Made by a program: the position numbers and the translations under genes
Shown here: piece by piece, positions 62,601 to 64,000 of the stretch
How positions within the stretch are numbered: position 1 is the stretch's first letter
How the letters are laid out: every line of letters begins with the position of its first letter
Source of the DNA: Callorhinchus milii
Lineage: Eukaryota
NCBI RefSeq assembly: GCF_018977255.1
Contig: NW_024704742.1
Span: 138,696,001 to 138,760,000 of the forward strand
Length of the DNA: 64,000 bases
Direction: 5' to 3'
Notes under the pieces: generated by a model
The model's input: only the letters and a program-made list of their open reading frames with translations
Database searches by the model: none
What the model was told of the DNA's origin: nothing

Positions 62601-63499
62601 TATCATAGTTGGTTATAATTTACAAGATTACACAGCCCAGTGTGGTTAAGGTCCAATTTAATTATTTCATGTGCATAAAGAAAATTGCTTCTGAATTATT
62701 GTCATAGGGATATTTGACTAGAAATATTGAAATGAGTAGAACAATCCTGACCTCACTATATGGGAGTGCTCAAAACAGAGTAACCTTCAAGCTTTCACAA
62801 TATTGGCTTTGTATGGTTCTGTTGGGAAAGCAAATAAAAGTTGCTGAGTTGTTGTTTGGATCTGGCAGGAGGGGTCCAATATTTGAAGTTGAGCAACAGT
62901 TGTGCTGATTTGGACTTTGCTGCTTTGGGCTCCAGGCCAGCTCAGATCGGATTCAGTCGTCCTGCAATCTGTAACCTGGACCACTACCAGGTAAATATGT
63001 CAAATTGATGAGGCAACGTTTCTGCCATCAGCTAACACAGCCACTATTGATTGGGTTGTTTTTGTTCAAATTGGCTGTATTTTATTTGAAATGAAAGAAA
63101 CTAGGCAGGCGTCCAGGCACTGGTCCTTTTACTCTCCTGTCAAGAAACAATTTTAAATCAGATAAATAATTTTCCTTTGGTCAAACAGTAGAACAACAAC
63201 TTGCATTTTCTGGCAGCCTTCACGTGGGGTAGCCCTTGACAGTGGAGGAGTCTGATCCCAAGCCAGGGGGAGAGGGATTGGGGAGGTGACCATAAGCACA
63301 ATCAAAAAGGAAGGTTATTAGGTGGGATTTTAAAGTGGAGAGGGGAGGCGGCAAGGTGGAGGGATTGAGGGAGACAGTTTCAGAGAACCTACCTAATTCC
63401 CTTTTGAAAGGCTCCTGTTTGCTACAAAACAGTAGCAGTTTTCTTAGCGGTTCCACCATCAGAAACTTTGCTACTGCTACCAAGATTGCGGTTAGAAAT

Positions 63500-63880
63500 A
63501 ATAATCTTTGTATTTGATATTGCGCTTATAACACAAAAGTGTTTCACAGTTTAGTGCTGCCAAGTTTAGTGACTGTTGCCATTTTGCATAGCGTAAGGTC
63601 TATAAAAAGACATGAAATGAATGACCAATTTGTCTGGAAGATTAATGGCAAGGACCGACGAGAAATTTCTTTCTCTTTTCAAATAGTGTTGTGGGATCTT
63701 TAACATCCATCTGAGCAGACAGGCAGAGCCGTGGTTTAACATCTCCTCTGAGGATTGCACCTGTGACAATGCAGCGCTCCCCTGTGCTATGCCTGTGCTC
63801 AACCTATAGTGCTGACATGAGAATTGAACCCACAATCTTCTGACCCAAAAATGAGAGCATGCCTGACTGAGACAATGTGA
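63500..63880 (-). mobile_element. Deu-domain SINE, old
   Basis: Minus strand GAGATGTTAAACCACGG..CTGTCTGCTCAGATGGATGTTAAAGATCCCA..CACTATTTGAA resembles the recalled Deu-domain core; tRNA-like head GTGGGTTCAATTC. Confidence 0.68.
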
Positions 63881-64000
63881 CACTATTTTCTCATTCCCTC
63901 ATTCCTGTCATCACAAGGTCACAAGATTGGTCTGGATAAAGATAGCTCTGGGCCCATTTGATTTCATTCCTCCACAATTCCAGGCAGGGCGAAACCTTGG

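Overview
Repeat-dense vertebrate genomic DNA. The CR1/L2/tRNA-SINE/Deu-SINE repeats and protein divergence suggest a cartilaginous fish, possibly a chimaera; this is an inference. Two complete protein-coding genes lie tail-to-tail, as in human. CCDC152 (+) has a CpG-island promoter at ~13.4-14.1 kb and 8 coding exons over 14215-47351 (249 aa). SELENOP (-) has a non-coding exon 1 at ~55922-55972 and 4 coding exons over 53053-49061 (374 aa, 11 in-frame UGA/Sec codons). Its 3' UTR holds two SECIS elements, and its promoter has TATA, HNF4-type DR1 and forkhead sites. The ORF track fragments SELENOP because UGA is read as stop. A second housekeeping-type promoter (ETS-CRE, YY1, splice donor) at ~58.4 kb points away from SELENOP. 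Main points of interest: a spliced uORF whose stop overlaps the SELENOP start (TAATG), a GUGA-core SECIS1, an out-of-frame U-x-U-P tail behind the SELENOP stop, and an overlapping bidirectional poly(A) signal. Also notable are a CCDC152 acceptor built on an L2 tail, nested LTR/CR1/L2 insertions with TSDs, a SINE subfamily with an L2-matched tail, several minisatellites and an 803-bp near-perfect tandem duplication. No prokaryotic-type systems such as CRISPR are present.
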